Assembly: GCA_009780375.1 (NCBI GenBank)
Contig: WRAD01000001.1
Coordinates: 48,228 to 112,227, forward strand
Source of the DNA: Bacillota bacterium
GTDB lineage: Bacteria > Bacillota > Clostridia > Christensenellales > UBA1242
DNA: 64,000 nt
Direction: 5' to 3'
The translations under genes were made by a program, and so were the position numbers. Positions 1 to 9,488 of the stretch are shown piece after piece (positions within the stretch are counted from its first letter, which is position 1; every line of letters begins with the position of its first letter). A model generated the notes under the pieces. It searched no databases, was not told where the DNA came from, and saw only the letters and a list, made by a program, of their open reading frames with translations.

Positions 1-2
1 AA

Positions 3-1109
3 GTTATGGTTGTTGATGCCGGTGCCCCAAATGATAATTCACGCAATGCACTGCTTCATTATATGACAAACTATATTTTCCCACATAATACACCAAGATC
101 AATAGATTTGTTTGTTGCAACACACAGTCATGCCGATCACATAGGTGGGGCGGCAAACAGTTTTAACATGACAAGTGCGTTATTTGACAACTTTTATGTG
201 TCACACATAATAAGGCCAATTTCTTTTACAATGGCGGAAATCGAGGCAGATATTCACAGAGATCAATTTGGTATTGAAACCCGCCCAACAATGCATGATA
301 CCGCAATTTTCCGAAACTTTGTAACCCGAATAAATTCGCATACATGTATTAATGGGCAGGCATCTATTGTAACAATACCTTATGTAGGAAAGCAAATGCA
401 TTTTGGTGACGCATATATAAAATTCTATTCACCAACGCGACCTTTTTATGGAAACCTAAATTCTACTCCAGGGGCAAGTGGTGACAATGCAATAAATCAA
501 ACAAGTACAGTCTTTTCACTTAACTATGCCGGACGGCGTGTACTTTTTACAGGTGATGCCTATATTTATAACGAGGACAATATTATAAATACACTTGATG
601 CAAATGGAAGAACAATCTTTGGAACATTACCAGGCGAAATTTACAAGGTTGATGTGCTAGACGTTGGGCATCATGGAAGTAATACAAGTACAGGTCTTAA
701 CCTGCTTAGAAAAATTCAACCAACATATGCGGTTATCCAGGTTGGAGCAGCAAACAGTTATGGGCATCCACATACTGCATTGATAAATCGTCTTGTACAA
801 TATGTTAATCCATATAATATTCTGACAACCATGGATGATGGAGATATTCTAATTCAAATTAGGGCAGATGGACAATTGACCGTTGCAGGGGTTATTCAAT
901 CGGATCTGCCTGGAATTCTTTCTGGACTTTCAAATTGGTTTGCAACAAATGGATTTTGGGTTGAATATTGGATGATTGCCATTCCGATTATAATATTGTC
1001 TTTCCTATTACTTCTAGCTATGGATTTTTTTGGTAAAAATAATGCCTCAAATACAAGAAAAAATACAAATCGTCGAAACCAAGCAATCCCAGGAAATCGG
1101 CGAAGATAA
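3..1109 (+). CDS. ComEC C-terminal-type metallo-beta-lactamase-fold protein, 5' partial (continues upstream of the window), with a C-terminal TM anchor
   Basis: Carries HSHADHIGG (HxHxDH), DVGHHGS and YGHPH motifs. It aligns from about residue 80 of the tandem paralog 1127..2320, so the N-terminus lies off-window. C-terminal TM is WMIAIPIIILSFLLLLAM. Confidence 0.8.
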   Translation, partial: VMVVDAGAPNDNSRNALLHYMTNYIFPHNTPRSIDLFVATHSHADHIGGAANSFNMTSALFDNFYVSHIIRPISFTMAEIEADIHRDQFGIETRPTMHDTAIFRNFVTRINSHTCINGQASIVTIPYVGKQMHFGDAYIKFYSPTRPFYGNLNSTPGASGDNAINQTSTVFSLNYAGRRVLFTGDAYIYNEDNIINTLDANGRTIFGTLPGEIYKVDVLDVGHHGSNTSTGLNLLRKIQPTYAVIQVGAANSYGHPHTALINRLVQYVNPYNILTTMDDGDILIQIRADGQLTVAGVIQSDLPGILSGLSNWFATNGFWVEYWMIAIPIIILSFLLLLAMDFFGKNNASNTRKNTNRRNQAIPGNRRR

Positions 1110-1126
1110 AAACATATACATAAAGC

Positions 1127-2320
1127 ATGAGAACAAATAACAGAGGATTTCGATGGTTTGCGATATTATTTACTTTTGTTTCCATTTTGTCTCTAGGGTT
1201 TGTGTGGACAACACAAATTGAAAATTTTATAAATAAGGCCCTATTAGGATATAGGTCTTCACCAAAAATTCAAAGATTTGAAAACGGTCTTGCCATACAT
1301 TTTGTAAACATAGGTCAAGGTGATGCAACGGTAATTCAAACACCAACGGGTGAAGTAATACTCGTCGATGCAGGTAATCAAACTCCTGCAAGTCGTCATG
1401 TGCTCAGCAACTATTTAAAAAATGAAATTTTCAAGAATCAAGCCGAACGAACAATAAATCTTTTCATAGCAACACACAGCCATGCCGATCATATAGGGTC
1501 TGCAAGTTATTTGCTTGAAAACTATGATGTTGCACACATTATTCGACCAAAATCGTTTACGCCAACCGAGATTGCAAGTAACGTGCCATACCTTGAATTT
1601 GGGATAGAGGGAAGGGTAACCCCACACAACACAATTGCTTTTCAACAATTCATACATTCAATGAGCCAAAGTAACGCACTTATAGAGATTCCCAGAAAAG
1701 GAAAAGAAATACAGTTTGGAAATGTAGTTATACGCTTTTTTTCACCTACTACCGCATTTTACGGGCCTGATATAGGCAAAGTAAATTACCATAAATTCAT
1801 CAATCAACTCAGCACAGTATTCACCGTCAGTTATTCAGGAAGACGAGTTTTGTTTATGGGTGATGCCTATACCGAAAATGAATTGAGATTGCTTAATTAC
1901 AGGTGTGAAAATGGTCTCGATGCATTTGGCACATTACCAGACGATCCATTCAAGGTTGATGTCCTTGATGTCGGACACCATGGAAGCAATACAAGTACAA
2001 GTACACTTTTTCTTAATAAAATACGTCCATCTTATGCAATATTGCAACTTGGAAGAAATCACTATGGACATCCGCATAGCGAAGTAATAGGGAGACTTGA
2101 ATCAATTGATGCCAATATTCTTATAACTAGACAGGTTGGGCATGTCTTGGTACAAATAGACACGGATGGGCGATTAATCGTTCAAACAATACCAGACTCA
2201 AATCAATTTTGGGTAAACTATTGGATGATTTTTTTACCAATATTGTTAACTCCTCTTTTGTTTATATCAATCGGAAAAGTGGTTAAAAGGACAAAAGTAC
2301 TCTACATGTTTCCCAGTTAA
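1127..2320 (+). CDS. ComEC C-terminal-type metallo-beta-lactamase-fold protein with N- and C-terminal TM anchors
   Basis: N-terminal TM, then GQGDA, HSHADHIGS, DVGHHGS and YGHPH motifs, then a C-terminal TM. Tandem paralog of 3..1109. Confidence 0.85.
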   Translation: MRTNNRGFRWFAILFTFVSILSLGFVWTTQIENFINKALLGYRSSPKIQRFENGLAIHFVNIGQGDATVIQTPTGEVILVDAGNQTPASRHVLSNYLKNEIFKNQAERTINLFIATHSHADHIGSASYLLENYDVAHIIRPKSFTPTEIASNVPYLEFGIEGRVTPHNTIAFQQFIHSMSQSNALIEIPRKGKEIQFGNVVIRFFSPTTAFYGPDIGKVNYHKFINQLSTVFTVSYSGRRVLFMGDAYTENELRLLNYRCENGLDAFGTLPDDPFKVDVLDVGHHGSNTSTSTLFLNKIRPSYAILQLGRNHYGHPHSEVIGRLESIDANILITRQVGHVLVQIDTDGRLIVQTIPDSNQFWVNYWMIFLPILLTPLLFISIGKVVKRTKVLYMFPS

Positions 2321-2374
2321 ATTTCTTGAAAAGCCATAAGAGCAAAAAGAACTTAAAAATATTAATTTTAGGTA

Positions 2375-2403
2375 TTGACAAGTGATTTAATAGTTGCTAT
2401 AAT
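2375..2403 (+). promoter_or_regulatory. Sigma-70-type promoter of the LysR gene: TTGACA-17-TATAAT, with the ATG 8 nt after the -10 (leaderless or near-leaderless)
   Basis: TTGACA at 2375-2380, TATAAT at 2398-2403, ATG at 2412. No SD lies between them. Confidence 0.6.
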
Positions 2404-2411
2404 ACGTTATT

Positions 2412-3308
2412 ATGATAGCAAGCAACGTAAATTTTAATCTCTACAAATCGTTCGTGGCGGTCTTTGACCAAAAGAACATAAGCAAAGCGGCGGCCCAGTT
2501 ACAGATAACACAACCAACTGTGACCTATAACGTCAAGGAACTTGAACGGCAACTTGGTGTAAAGTTGTTCCATACTCACCCCCGGGGTGTCGAACCAACT
2601 AAAGATGCAAATGAACTCTACAAGTTCGTTGTGGCCGCACTCATTTCGATTGCAAACGGCGAAAACGCAATTCGTACTTTCGATGAGAGTGCAAGTGTTG
2701 TTATTCGCATCGCATCGTTTGGAGGTTTTGTGGCAAGTTATGTTGCAAAGGCAATTCGCAACTTTTCAAAAAAATATCCTCTTGCGAAATTTGAGGTTCT
2801 TTATTCAAGTTATGGTGATCCATTTACTCGCCTTTCGCAACACGGTGCAGATCTTGTGATTGATATGTACGAGGCATCCATGCCACAACTTGCAAGTTTT
2901 GAACTTAAAAAAGTCGAGCGTGTGGCGGTCGCAACCCCAGAGTTTATTAAAGAAAACAAAGTTGGTGATAAAATTTCTGCAGAAACACTTGAAACAATAC
3001 CATATGCGGTTTTCAAAAAGGCAATACGTCTTATTGATTCAAAAGTAAAAGCAACGCCTTTTGCAATTGTAGAAACATCAAGCAATTTACTTGAAATGGT
3101 AAAGGCATCTGCAACACTTGGAATTTGTTATGCCGACGATATTGAAGGGATGGATGGTCTTACAACTATTGACATTTCAAAGCTTGCACTTCCATCAAGT
3201 ACGCTTAAATGCATCTATAACAAAGAATCGGTTACAAAACCAACAAAGGCATTCATTTGCGAACTTTGCGAAGTATTTAATGTAAAGGCTCCTTTCATGA
3301 AAGACTGA
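2412..3308 (+). CDS. LysR-family transcriptional regulator
   Basis: N-terminal HTH (ISKAAAQLQITQPTVTYNVKELERQLGVKLF) followed by a ~200-aa substrate-binding-like C-terminal region. Confidence 0.85.
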   Translation: MIASNVNFNLYKSFVAVFDQKNISKAAAQLQITQPTVTYNVKELERQLGVKLFHTHPRGVEPTKDANELYKFVVAALISIANGENAIRTFDESASVVIRIASFGGFVASYVAKAIRNFSKKYPLAKFEVLYSSYGDPFTRLSQHGADLVIDMYEASMPQLASFELKKVERVAVATPEFIKENKVGDKISAETLETIPYAVFKKAIRLIDSKVKATPFAIVETSSNLLEMVKASATLGICYADDIEGMDGLTTIDISKLALPSSTLKCIYNKESVTKPTKAFICELCEVFNVKAPFMKD

Positions 3309-3340
3309 GAAAGAAAAATAGTAACATAATTCCATAAGCA

Positions 3341-3368
3341 AAAACACCCGTAATAAGGTGTTTTTGTT
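3341..3368 (+). terminator. Intrinsic terminator after the LysR gene
   Basis: Stem AACACC/GGTGTT, 8-nt loop, then TTTTTGTTT. Confidence 0.7.
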
Positions 3369-3374
3369 TATAGG

Positions 3375-3416
3375 CTAGGAATTATCGCTTTAAGTCACCG
3401 TTAGGTGCTTTTGTTC
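3375..3416 (+). repeat. Dispersed repeat copy C1 (internally deleted)
   Basis: CTAGGAATTATCGCT is joined directly to TTAAGTCACCGTTAGGTGCTTTTGTTC. It lacks the central T6-GTACTAGGATCTCGGC part of the consensus. Confidence 0.8.
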
Positions 3417-3432
3417 GATCATTAATTCATTT

Positions 3433-3786
3433 TTACGCAACAGTTTGTGTAACAATAACAGTTGTTCCTGCATCCGCAAAGTGTGTGTTACTTGCAACCC
3501 AATGAGCACGTGCACGTGCACGAAACCCAAGCAACGCGTAGAAACCGAATGTTATAAAGGTAAGTAACATCCAAAGTATCGAGCGAATCCAAAGTCCCAT
3601 TGCACGACCATCAAAGCGAAGTTGTTTTCCATCAACAATTGTGTTGTTGATAATAAAACGCTTCATCATACAGTTGTACCATGCGAAAAGGATCCCGAAT
3701 GTAAGCAGACCACCAATGATTACAGGAAACAACAACAAAGCTCTCCCAAGAAACCCTAGTGGGTTACCAATCCATTTTGATTCCAT
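3433..3786 (-). CDS. Small 2-3 TM membrane protein, possibly DUF898/YjgN-like
   Basis: AAGGAGG SD upstream. Two long hydrophobic segments flank a KRFIINNTIVDGKQLRFDG loop. The family call is by resemblance only. Confidence 0.5.
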   Translation of the reverse strand: MESKWIGNPLGFLGRALLLFPVIIGGLLTFGILFAWYNCMMKRFIINNTIVDGKQLRFDGRAMGLWIRSILWMLLTFITFGFYALLGFRARARAHWVASNTHFADAGTTVIVTQTVA

Positions 3787-3864
3787 TAATTTTCCTCCTT
3801 TTGTTAAAGTATATGTCTAATCGTACGATTTTATCAAAACAAAGTCAAATGATTTCTCTTCTGC

Positions 3865-5256
3865 TTACTTGCCTATGCAAAAATTTGAAAATATTTCGTC
3901 AATTACCGCATCAGACACATTGGTTCCACTTATATTTCCAAGATGATCAAGTGCGGTTGTAATGTCTGTAGCAATCATATCAAGGGACAACCCGTTAATA
4001 TTCTCAAGTGCGTTTACAAGAGCCCGATATGCAAGTGCAAGTTCGTTTAGATGACGTGTGCTTGTAATGACAAGTGTGTCATGTGCCTGATGAATTTGGA
4101 AACTTTCAGTAATTGAAGAATAGACAAGTTCTTTAAGTTTTGAAATGTTTTCATGTGACACCGCAGAAGTGAAAATGGTATTCCCGCATGGTGTGTCCCA
4201 GTTGACTGTGTTTTCATTAAATGAGGTCAAATCACTTTTATTAAGTACAAAAATAACTTGTTTGTTATTAAAGGAGTCAAGCAAATCCAAGATTTTGATG
4301 TCTTGCTTTGTTGGTTTGCAAGATCCATCAAAAATTGCAAGAATTATATCTGCCTTTTCCATTACTTGTCTAGAACGTTGAATGCCAAACTCTTCGATTT
4401 TTGAAATCTCATTCGTCTTTGTATCGGATCGAATATCGCGTTGTCCTGCGGTGTCATTAAATACCAGTTTAACACCTTTATATAAAATACTCTCGGTTAT
4501 GGTGTCTGTTGTTGTTCCTTCAATGTTTGTGACGATGCTTCTGTCTCTGTTTATAATTGCGTTAAATAAACTGCTCTTACCGACATTAGGTCGCCCTATA
4601 ACCGCGATTTGGATACCACTTGACATTATTCGTCCTTCATTTGCACTTGAAATAAAAGAATTAATGTCACTGCCCGCAGATGCAATTTTGGATTTAAGGT
4701 CGGCAACAGTACTGTAATCAATATCATCATCTGGTTGATCAAGTATTGTTTCAATTTGTGCAAGGCAGTTCAAAAGTTCCTTTTCCATTAAAAAGAGTTT
4801 TTTCGACAAAGCCCCTTGGCTTACAAGGGATATCGCTTTTAATTGACTCTCACTCTCTGCTGCAATTTTGTCCATAATTGACTCTGCCTGATCAAGTGAA
4901 ATTTTACCATTCAAAAAAGCTCGTTTTGAAAATTCTCCAGGCTGTGCCAATGTTGCACCCAAAGTTAACAAATGTTCAACAAGTTTCTGTAAAAGAAATG
5001 CTCCGCCATGAGCTTGGATTTCTACAACATTTTCCCCAGTGAAAGACCTGGGTCCAGGAAAGTAAATAACAATTACATCATCACTGAAATCAGGTGTTAA
5101 AATCGTTCCATACGTTGCATAACGAGGTTTAATTGAGGTCTTTGAAGTAAAACACTTTAAAACAATATCAAGTGCCAATGAACCACTTAAACGTATTATT
5201 CCAACACCGCCATTTCCAATGGGTGTTGCAATCGCTGCAATCGTTGTCTTTTCCAT
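3865..5256 (-). CDS. mnmE: tRNA modification GTPase MnmE
   Basis: Conserved N-terminus MEKTTIAAIATPIGNGGVGIIRLSG, G-domain GRPNVGKSSLFN and DTAG, and the C-terminal CIGK motif. The start was moved to M9 of the track ORF because of the extended -10 just upstream. Confidence 0.93.
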   Translation of the reverse strand: MEKTTIAAIATPIGNGGVGIIRLSGSLALDIVLKCFTSKTSIKPRYATYGTILTPDFSDDVIVIYFPGPRSFTGENVVEIQAHGGAFLLQKLVEHLLTLGATLAQPGEFSKRAFLNGKISLDQAESIMDKIAAESESQLKAISLVSQGALSKKLFLMEKELLNCLAQIETILDQPDDDIDYSTVADLKSKIASAGSDINSFISSANEGRIMSSGIQIAVIGRPNVGKSSLFNAIINRDRSIVTNIEGTTTDTITESILYKGVKLVFNDTAGQRDIRSDTKTNEISKIEEFGIQRSRQVMEKADIILAIFDGSCKPTKQDIKILDLLDSFNNKQVIFVLNKSDLTSFNENTVNWDTPCGNTIFTSAVSHENISKLKELVYSSITESFQIHQAHDTLVITSTRHLNELALAYRALVNALENINGLSLDMIATDITTALDHLGNISGTNVSDAVIDEIFSNFCIGK

Positions 5257-5261
5257 ATCCA

Positions 5262-5270
5262 AGTTTAACA
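5262..5270 (-). promoter_or_regulatory. Extended -10 (TGtTAAACT) 5 nt upstream of the mnmE ATG
   Basis: Minus-strand sequence reads TGTGTTAAACTtggatATG, with no SD. Confidence 0.55.
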
Positions 5271-5314
5271 CAAAAGACATGTCATTTTTGATTCAATTTA
5301 ATTCTCAAACTGGA

Positions 5315-5342
5315 ACAAAAAATTTAGCGATAATTCCTAGAC
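5315..5342 (-). repeat. Dispersed repeat copy C2 (5' half only; the only minus-strand copy)
   Basis: Reverse complement reads GTCTAGGAATTATCGCTAAATTTTTTGT and then continues TCCAG, skipping the remainder of the element. Confidence 0.8.
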
Positions 5343-5345
5343 TGC

Positions 5346-5369
5346 AAAAAAAGGGGCATTTACCCCTTT
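5346..5369 (-). terminator. Intrinsic terminator after CDS 5383..6105
   Basis: Minus strand reads AAAGGGGtaaatgCCCCTTTTTTTGC, with a GGGG/CCCC core and a T7 run. Confidence 0.7.
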
Positions 5370-5382
5370 GAATCGATATTTA

Positions 5383-6105
5383 CTAATAAGTTTCATCTGG
5401 GCGTTCGACCGCAAGTGATTGCACAAAGCGTGCGAGAGGGGCAAAATTAGCAAAGGTACTTAAACTGTAACGAAGTGAATGTGCATCTGCATCACCTGAA
5501 TGACCCAAACTGAAAAGTATTTCTTGTCTTTGAAATCTGTTTCTTTGATTCGCAAGGGGTATATACATTTGACGAATGCCTTGTGCATAGGTCGGGCGAT
5601 GTTGAACAAGCACATCATTTATATCAAGTTCATACCATGTGTAATCCATAGGAACGATTCTGTGGTCGCGACTGCTTGTGCCAAGCAAAGCCCATTGTGG
5701 GGTTGCAAATGAAATCATCATGTAATGCCATCCTGTTGCTGAACGAACTCCGTGTGTATTTTGCATCTGTGTATTGCCATTAAATCCGGCACGCTCTCTT
5801 CCTGACACACCTGTTGTAAATTGTTCTAACATATTGGTTCGACGTCCGCGGTTAAAGTGTCGCATTGCCTCGTTCATTAAAAGTGTTTCGAAATTATTTG
5901 AACTGTCTGGGAAAATAATCTCACGTTCGGTATTTCCCGCACCCCAGCGAAGTTCAATTGCATTTACATGTCTCAAATCAATGTCAAGTCCATAGGTTGT
6001 GCGTATTGATGTAAATAAAATTGCACCTACAGAAGAAAATATAACCAAAACAATAACAAGTCCGATTATTGCATTTCTAAGAATTTTTTTCCTGCGTTGT
6101 GTCAT
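5383..6105 (-). CDS. Hypothetical membrane-anchored (N-terminal TM) protein
   Basis: A GGAGGGA SD lies 4 nt upstream, embedded in the ftsH 3' end. The start overlaps ftsH by 29 nt. N-terminal signal anchor is IIGLVIVLVIFSSVGAILF. Confidence 0.6.
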   Translation of the reverse strand: MTQRRKKILRNAIIGLVIVLVIFSSVGAILFTSIRTTYGLDIDLRHVNAIELRWGAGNTEREIIFPDSSNNFETLLMNEAMRHFNRGRRTNMLEQFTTGVSGRERAGFNGNTQMQNTHGVRSATGWHYMMISFATPQWALLGTSSRDHRIVPMDYTWYELDINDVLVQHRPTYAQGIRQMYIPLANQRNRFQRQEILFSLGHSGDADAHSLRYSLSTFANFAPLARFVQSLAVERPDETY

Positions 6106-8698
6106 CGTCTCCCTCCGTTGTACTTGTGTCTTGTGTAACCTCTTGCGTCTCTACACCTACAAGTGTACCATAAACATGGATATTGTCAATAGTAGGGAAG
6201 TGAGTAAGATTTCCACCCTCTGTTATAATTTTACGCCCAAGTTCAATATTATACTCTAACGCACGTACACGTTCTTCGTCAATAAGGTTTGCTTGAAGAT
6301 AAGTTGCCGCAATTTCTCTAAGCCTGCCTACCTCGCGGTCATAAATGCCAAGTTCCTGTTCAATACGATCTTTCTTTTCTTGCTCACGAACTTTTTCAAC
6401 CCTTTCTTCGATGCCTTTAATAACCTGCTTTGCAGATTTTCCTGCCATGATAAGGTCAATATCTTCGGCATAAATTGTTTCGCGTTCAAGTAATACTTCA
6501 ACCATTACATTAATTTCTTTTTTCTTGTCGGCCATAACTTTTTTCGCCCTGTCCATCGCCTCGACAAGAAGTGCTTTAATCTCGCCGTCGATAAGAGATT
6601 GCATCTCATTGCTTATTTGCTTGCTTTCATACTGACGCATGAGTGCCTCGTCATGCCTGCCATAATAAAGAGGTCCAAGTTTTTCACTCATACCAAAGTT
6701 TGTAACCATTTTCTCTGCAAGTCCGGTTGCCACTTTTAAATCTTGTTGTGCACCTGTACAAATATCCCCAATAAACACATCTTCTGCCGCACGGCCACCC
6801 ATATAAAGTGCAAGTTGGGCTTTTAAAAAGGTTTTTGATTTATGTGCGGTTACATCATCTTGATCATTTGTAAGTGTGTAACCTGCCGCCATTCCTCTAG
6901 GGATAATTGAAACTTCTTGAACAGTATGTTTTGGTTGCAACATTCTTGATACAACCGCATGACCCGCCTCGTGATATGCGGTAATTTTTTTATCTTCTTC
7001 GGTAATAATACGACTTCGTTTCTGAGGGCCAAGAAGAACCTTATTAATTCCTTCGGTTATGTCTTGCATTCCAATTTTGCGTCTATCTTTCTTTGCCGCA
7101 ATAATCGCCGCTTCGTTCATAAGGTTTTCAATGTCGGCACCGGTAAATCCACTTATAATCTGTGCAACGCGTTTAAGATCAACGTCTGATCCAACAGGCT
7201 TGTTCTTTGTGTGGACGCCAAGTATTTTTTCACGCCCAGAAACATCAGGCATTTGAACAACTATTTGACGATCAAAACGACCTGGACGAAGAAGTGCAGG
7301 GTCCAAAACATCTGGACGGTTTGTCGCCGCAAGAACGATAACCCCTTCAGATTTTGTAAAACCATCCATTTGAACAAGAAGTTGGTTAAGTGTTTGTTCA
7401 TTTTCTTCTGCTGCACCGCTTATTCCAACACCACGCATTCGGGCGATACTGTCAATTTCGTCAATGAAAATAATACATGGGGCACTTGCTTTTGCCTCTT
7501 CAAATAAATCTCTCATACGAGAAGGACCAACCCCGACAAGCATTTCACTGAAATCCGACCCACTTATCGAAAAGAAAGGCACTCCGGCTTCACCTGCAAT
7601 TGCTTTTGCCAAAAGTGTTTTACCTGTTCCTGGTTGCCCTACAAGAAGAAATCCTTTAGGAATTCTTGCCCCAAGTTCAAGAAATTTGTGTGGAGTGCGA
7701 AGAAATTGAACAATTTCTTCAACTTCCATCTTTTCTTCTTCAATGCCTGCAACATCGTTAAAACGAACAGGACTTGAAAGTGTTCTTTGGGCACGGTGCT
7801 TGCCCATTCCACTTAGGCCACTTGAACGCATTATGCCTCGTGATAAAATCCAGAACAGGAAGATTGCGAATAAAATGAATGGCAACCAACTTAGGACGGT
7901 GCTCCAGATAGAAGTTGATACAACACGAGGGAAGTGGTTAATAGTATCGGTATTGTTGCCCTGTGTACGGAAATAATCGTTTCGTTCGCGAATTCGGGCT
8001 TCACTCTCTCTCCAGTTTGGGTTAAAAAGCCTGTAATCCGCATGACGTGAAGGATTATTTTGGAAATTTCTTACGCGATTTTCTGGAACATTTACACCCT
8101 CACGATTTCTTGTACGAAGTATATAAGTGGTATTACCATGGAAAATAACAGAATGTATAATAGAAGGTCCCCAAACAGGCACAGGCACAGGAGTAACAAA
8201 ATCAACAGAAGTATCAATTGTCAAGACCGGAAATCCTGCTGGGAAATTTGTGGTGTCAGAAAGCACTGTGTTAATTGCTGATGCAAGTGTTGTGATTTCT
8301 GGTGTTTCAGAGGTAACCCCACGAAGATTAAAGTTGACATTAATATAAGGTATGTCAGAAGCATCATGTGCAACGGTAACAGTAACAAATTCAACTCCAT
8401 TAACATCATCAAATACACCATTTACAAGTGTCAAAATTTCCGAACGTTTTGTTGCCATGTCTGTTGTGCTTGTGCCTGGTGCAAAACCTGTGACACGTAT
8501 AAGCTTGCCACTTGGATATTGGGGGATTGAACCACGTATAAGTCTGTCAAATTCATCAACACTGATTCTTGGAACATTTGGTCCCAAATTAATGTTATTA
8601 AAAAGCATCATACCCAAAAAAAAGACTACAAGAAGTATAAATGCAATCATTAAAGGATTTCTTTTTCTTGGTTGCTGTTGTTGCTGTTGATTACTCAT
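6077..8698 (-). CDS. ftsH: ATP-dependent zinc metalloprotease FtsH with an enlarged ectodomain and a C-terminal extension
   Basis: Walker [14 protein letters not shown], Walker [10 protein letters not shown], and the HEAGHAV zinc motif. Two TM segments are separated by about 230 aa. Start set at the ATG (MSNQQQ), with GGAG upstream. Confidence 0.93.
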   Translation of the reverse strand: MSNQQQQQQPRKRNPLMIAFILLVVFFLGMMLFNNINLGPNVPRISVDEFDRLIRGSIPQYPSGKLIRVTGFAPGTSTTDMATKRSEILTLVNGVFDDVNGVEFVTVTVAHDASDIPYINVNFNLRGVTSETPEITTLASAINTVLSDTTNFPAGFPVLTIDTSVDFVTPVPVPVWGPSIIHSVIFHGNTTYILRTRNREGVNVPENRVRNFQNNPSRHADYRLFNPNWRESEARIRERNDYFRTQGNNTDTINHFPRVVSTSIWSTVLSWLPFILFAIFLFWILSRGIMRSSGLSGMGKHRAQRTLSSPVRFNDVAGIEEEKMEVEEIVQFLRTPHKFLELGARIPKGFLLVGQPGTGKTLLAKAIAGEAGVPFFSISGSDFSEMLVGVGPSRMRDLFEEAKASAPCIIFIDEIDSIARMRGVGISGAAEENEQTLNQLLVQMDGFTKSEGVIVLAATNRPDVLDPALLRPGRFDRQIVVQMPDVSGREKILGVHTKNKPVGSDVDLKRVAQIISGFTGADIENLMNEAAIIAAKKDRRKIGMQDITEGINKVLLGPQKRSRIITEEDKKITAYHEAGHAVVSRMLQPKHTVQEVSIIPRGMAAGYTLTNDQDDVTAHKSKTFLKAQLALYMGGRAAEDVFIGDICTGAQQDLKVATGLAEKMVTNFGMSEKLGPLYYGRHDEALMRQYESKQISNEMQSLIDGEIKALLVEAMDRAKKVMADKKKEINVMVEVLLERETIYAEDIDLIMAGKSAKQVIKGIEERVEKVREQEKKDRIEQELGIYDREVGRLREIAATYLQANLIDEERVRALEYNIELGRKIITEGGNLTHFPTIDNIHVYGTLVGVETQEVTQDTSTTEGDDDTTQEKNS

Positions 8699-8904
8699 AA
8701 AGGAATGTACTCCGATTAAAGGCAAATTGTTCGCCTGACAAATATCACCTAGTATACCACAAACGACAAAAGTTCATCATGCAAAATATCAATATGTAAA
8801 AAACAAAACGACTAATTTAAGTAAAATACTTGCATAATAATATAAAATGGGATATATTAATTACATTAACATTCAATGTCTAAGGAACAAGGGGTTATAA
8901 ATTT

Positions 8905-9114
8905 ATGTGGAAAATTATTTTAGGTATAGTTGTACTTGTTGTTGCAATTGTTGCATCTATTGTGCTTTATATTTGGATTGCAGGGCAAGACTTTTCAAAT
9001 CTTGACTTTTGGTTACTTATTGTCGCGGTAACATTTCTGTTGGCGTCGGCAATTGTGCTTTGTGGACTTCTTATCGAGCGTGGATTCCGTGAACGACAAT
9101 ATGGTACTAACTGA
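8905..9114 (+). CDS. Small two-TM membrane protein
   Basis: AAGGGG SD-like sequence upstream, two hydrophobic helices, and a terminator following. Confidence 0.5.
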   Translation: MWKIILGIVVLVVAIVASIVLYIWIAGQDFSNLDFWLLIVAVTFLLASAIVLCGLLIERGFRERQYGTN

Positions 9115-9130
9115 GGTCAATCTATTTCCA

Positions 9131-9167
9131 AAAAACTGCTTCCATTTTTAAAAGGAGCAGTTTTTTT
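9131..9167. terminator. Bidirectional-looking intrinsic terminator
   Basis: A5-CTGCTTC...GGAGCAG-T7: a 7-bp stem (one G-U pair) flanked by an A-run and a T-run. Confidence 0.6.
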
Positions 9168-9189
9168 GTTGTATTCATATATTCCCTGT

Positions 9190-9486
9190 ATGGAAAGAAC
9201 AATTTGTGCAAGAGGCAGTATTGAAACATTTGCAAACGACATAGGCGCGGATAACATAAATAGGTTTTTTGTGCGAAGTATGGACAAACGAGTATGCCGA
9301 GGCAATTGCAACGGTCAGATAGTTTTGAGAACTCCTCAAGTTCCGGTTCCATCATCACAATCATCAAAACCAAAGCCCGAAACGGTTTCATTAAAACTTG
9401 GTAAAATCAGAATCCAAATTAAAAACGCGGAAAATATTAAAGTTCGTGAAGAAGAAGGCGGTGTGATGATTTCGGTTTCACAATAG
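9190..9486 (+). CDS. Hypothetical Cys-containing small protein
   Basis: It is the only long ORF in the gap. TATATT sits 6 nt upstream of the ATG, matching the leaderless pattern. I recognise no family. Confidence 0.35.
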   Translation: MERTICARGSIETFANDIGADNINRFFVRSMDKRVCRGNCNGQIVLRTPQVPVPSSQSSKPKPETVSLKLGKIRIQIKNAENIKVREEEGGVMISVSQ

Positions 9487-9488
9487 AC

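Noticed and set aside
6293-8690. Numerous 60-112-aa ORFs antisense or out of frame inside ftsH (for example 7211..7507 and 8352..8690).
   Set aside because: These are shadow ORFs of a long conserved gene in an AT-rich genome. They have no independent start signals.
8655-8695. A CAA/CAG run encoding QQQQQQ at the FtsH N-terminus, considered as a possible slippage-prone repeat or phase-variation site.
   Set aside because: It is a short, imperfect codon repeat in a cytoplasmic tail. There is no homopolymeric tract or evidence of frameshifted alternatives.
8878-8888. GTCTAAGGAAC upstream of the small ORF at 8905, resembling the repeat 5' end.
   Set aside because: Only about 10 nt are similar, with an extra base and no continuation of the consensus. 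It overlaps a plausible SD and is likely chance.
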